The notes beneath the pieces were generated by a model. It was not told the origin of the DNA and made no database searches. It saw nothing but the letters and a program-made list of their open reading frames with translations. A DNA stretch of 50,246 nt from Chiloscyllium plagiosum (lineage: Eukaryota): contig NW_025214981.1 of NCBI RefSeq assembly GCF_004010195.1, positions 6,938-57,183 of the forward strand. Reading direction: 5' to 3'. Both the position numbers and the translations under genes were made by a program. The first letter of the stretch is position 1. Each line of letters begins with the position of its first letter. Shown here in pieces: positions 48,085 to 50,246 of this stretch.

Positions 48085-50246
48085 TCGCTGTGTGTGCATG
48101 TGTCGCCTTCTCGCTGTATGTGTGTGTGCATGCGTGGTCCCACCCTCGATGTCTATGTGTGTGTGTGTGTGTCCCTCCCTCAATGTGTCTGTGTGAGTTT
48201 CCCCTCTTGCTCTGTGTGTGTGCGTGTGTGTGTGTGTGTGTGCATGTCTCCCCTGGCAGTGTTTGTATGTCCCTCTCTCACTGTGTGTGTTTGTGCTTGT
48301 GTGCTTCCTCATGCGCGTGTTGCTCTCTCACTGTGTGTGCGTGTCCCTCCCTCGCTGTCGGTGTGTTTGTGCGGATGTGGTCCCACCCTCGCTGTCTGTG
48401 TATGCGTGTCCCTCCCTTGCTGTGTGTGCATGCGTGTTCTTCCCTCGCTGTGTATGTGTGAGTTACCCACTTGCTCTGTGTGTGTGTGTGTGTGTCTTGC
48501 TGTGCGTGTGTGTGTGGCCCTCCCTCGCTGTGCGTGCATGTGTCTCCTCCTCGCTTTGATGCGCGTGTCCCTCTCTTGCTGTGTGTGTGTATGTGTCTCT
48601 GTGTGTCCCTCTTGCTGTGCGTGTGTGTGTGTCTGCGCGTGTCCCTCTCTTGCTGTCTGTGTTTGTGTGTGTCCATGCCCCTCTCTCGCTGTGTCTGTAA
48701 TTTTGTGCTTGCGCATGTGCGTGTTCTTCCCTCGCTGTGTGTACGTGTCCCCCTCTTGCTGTGAATATGTGTGTCCCTCTTGCAGTGTATGTGAGTGTCC
48801 TTCCCTCGCGTTGTGTGTGTGTATGTGTATGTATGCATGTTTGTCCCTCCCTCACTGTTTATGTTTCAGTTTCCTTCCCTGTGTGTGTGTGTGTGTGTGT
48901 CCCTCCCTTGCTCTTTGTGCATATCGCCACCATTGTGAGTCCGCATCGCCCCTCGCTGTGTGAGTGCCTATCCCCCTTGCTGTGTGCGCGAGTGTCCCTC
49001 CCTCGCCATGTCTGTGCGTGTCCCTTCTCGTTGTGTGTGCGGGCCGCCTCTCAATTTCTGTGCACATGCCCTCCCCCTCGCCGTGCGTCTGCTTGTCCCT
49101 CCTTTCCTGTGTGTGTGTGTGTGTCCCTCTCTCGCTCTGTGTGTTTGTGTATATCCCTCCCTCGCTGTGTGTCCCCGTCCCTTGCTGTGTGTCTGCGTGT
49201 ATCCCCCTCACTTTGTGTATGTGCACGTCCCGCCCTCGCTGTGTGTGTGTCCCGTCCCTCACAGTGTGTGTGTGTCCCTCCCTCGCTGAGTTTGTGCCTG
49301 TATTCCCCTCACTGTGTGTGTTTGCATATCCCTCCTTCGCTTTGCGTGTGTGTCCCTCCCTCGCTGTGTGTCTGCATGTATCCCCCTCACTGTGTGTATG
49401 TGCGTGTCCCTCCCTCGCTTTGCGTGTGTGTGCCCCCTCTCAATTTGTGTGTACATGCCCTCCCCCTCGCGGTGTATGTGCTTGTCCCTCCTTCGCTGTG
49501 TGTCCCTCCCTCGCTGTGTTTGTGCGTGTCCCTCCCTCGCTATGTGTCCCTCCCTCGCTGTGTTCGTGCGTGTCCCTCCCTCGTTGTGTTTGTGCGTGTC
49601 CCTGCTTCGCTGTGTGTGTGCGTGTCCCTCCCTCGCTGTGTGTGTGCGTATCCCTCCCTCGCTGTGTGTGTGCGTGTCCCTCCCTCGCTGTATGTGTGCA
49701 TATCCCTCCCACGCTGTGTGTGTGCATGTCCCTCCCACGCTGTGTGTGTTTCTTGCTCGCTGCGTGTGTGTGTGTGTCCCTTCCTCGCTGTGTGTGCGTG
49801 TTCTTTCCTCAGTGCGTGTGTGTGTGGCCCCTGCTGTGTGTGCGCGTATCCCTCCCTCGCTGTGTGTGTGTATGTCCCTCCTTGCTGTGTGTGTGTGCGT
49901 GTCACCCCTCGCTGTGTGTGTGTGTGTGTCCCCCTCCCTCACTGTGTGTCTGCAGGTAACCCTCTCACTGTGTGTGTTTGCATGTCGCTCCCTCGCTGTG
50001 TATATCCTACACTCGCTGTGTGTGCATGAGTCCCTCCCTTGCTCTGTGTTTGTGCTTGTGTGTATCTATGCGTGTCCCTCCTTCGCTGTGTGTATTTGTG
50101 TGTGTGTCCCTTCCTCGCTTTGCGTGTGTGTTTCCGTCCCTTGTGTGTGAGTGTGTGAATGTGTGTACGCGTGTGTGCATGTCCCTCCCTTGCTCTGTGT
50201 GTGTGTGTATGTGTGTGTGTCCCTCCCTCGCTTTGCATGTGTCCGT
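40535..50246. repeat. Compound satellite: (TG)n tracts alternating with CCCTCCCTCGC-type pyrimidine blocks, running off the window end
   Basis: Hundreds of degenerate ~22-30 bp units such as gtccctccctcgctgtgtgtgtgc; plus strand strongly depleted of A; variant blocks recur. Confidence 0.98.

Noticed and set aside
40540..50238. Long ORFs (up to 772 aa) rich in Cys/Val/Pro/Ser or His/Thr/Arg, resembling keratin-associated or metal-binding proteins
   Set aside because: They are open in several frames on both strands because the repeat lacks stop codons. The composition is simply the translation of (TG)n and CCCTCCCTCG.
40535..50246. CCTCCCT as a PRDM9 recombination hotspot motif
   Set aside because: That motif is specific to a human PRDM9 allele, and PRDM9 specificity evolves too fast to transfer to this species.

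Overview
This is repeat-dominated vertebrate genomic DNA. The mix of CR1 LINEs, HE1/V-SINE-like SINEs and Penelope-like elements (PLEs) points to a cartilaginous fish, probably a shark (inference). I cannot support any intact host protein-coding gene. Bases 1-40.5 kb are a nested mosaic of decayed CR1 LINE fragments, a second APE-type LINE, L2-like 3' ends, SINEs and several PLE families (Neptune-type with a Cys-rich linker, and Poseidon/Penelope-type with a CCHH GIY-YIG nuclease). The PLE terminal repeats carry minimal hammerhead-ribozyme-like motifs (CUGANGA..hairpin..GAAAC-GUC) at eight positions, nearly all decayed, including stand-alone mini-elements with inverted arms. Four related promoter-like cassettes (YY1-like, CCAAT/GC-box and NRF1-like motifs) lie between the repeats with no visible coding sequence, alongside a few candidate non-coding exons. 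There is a 727-bp tandem duplication whose two copies differ by a micro-inversion. The last ~9.7 kb is a (TG)n/CCCTCCCTCGC compound satellite with higher-order blocks, and it explains all the long Cys/Val and His/Thr ORFs. Two assembly gaps are present (8888-9263, 28210-28254). All family assignments come from motif recognition, not from database searches, and repeat boundaries are approximate.
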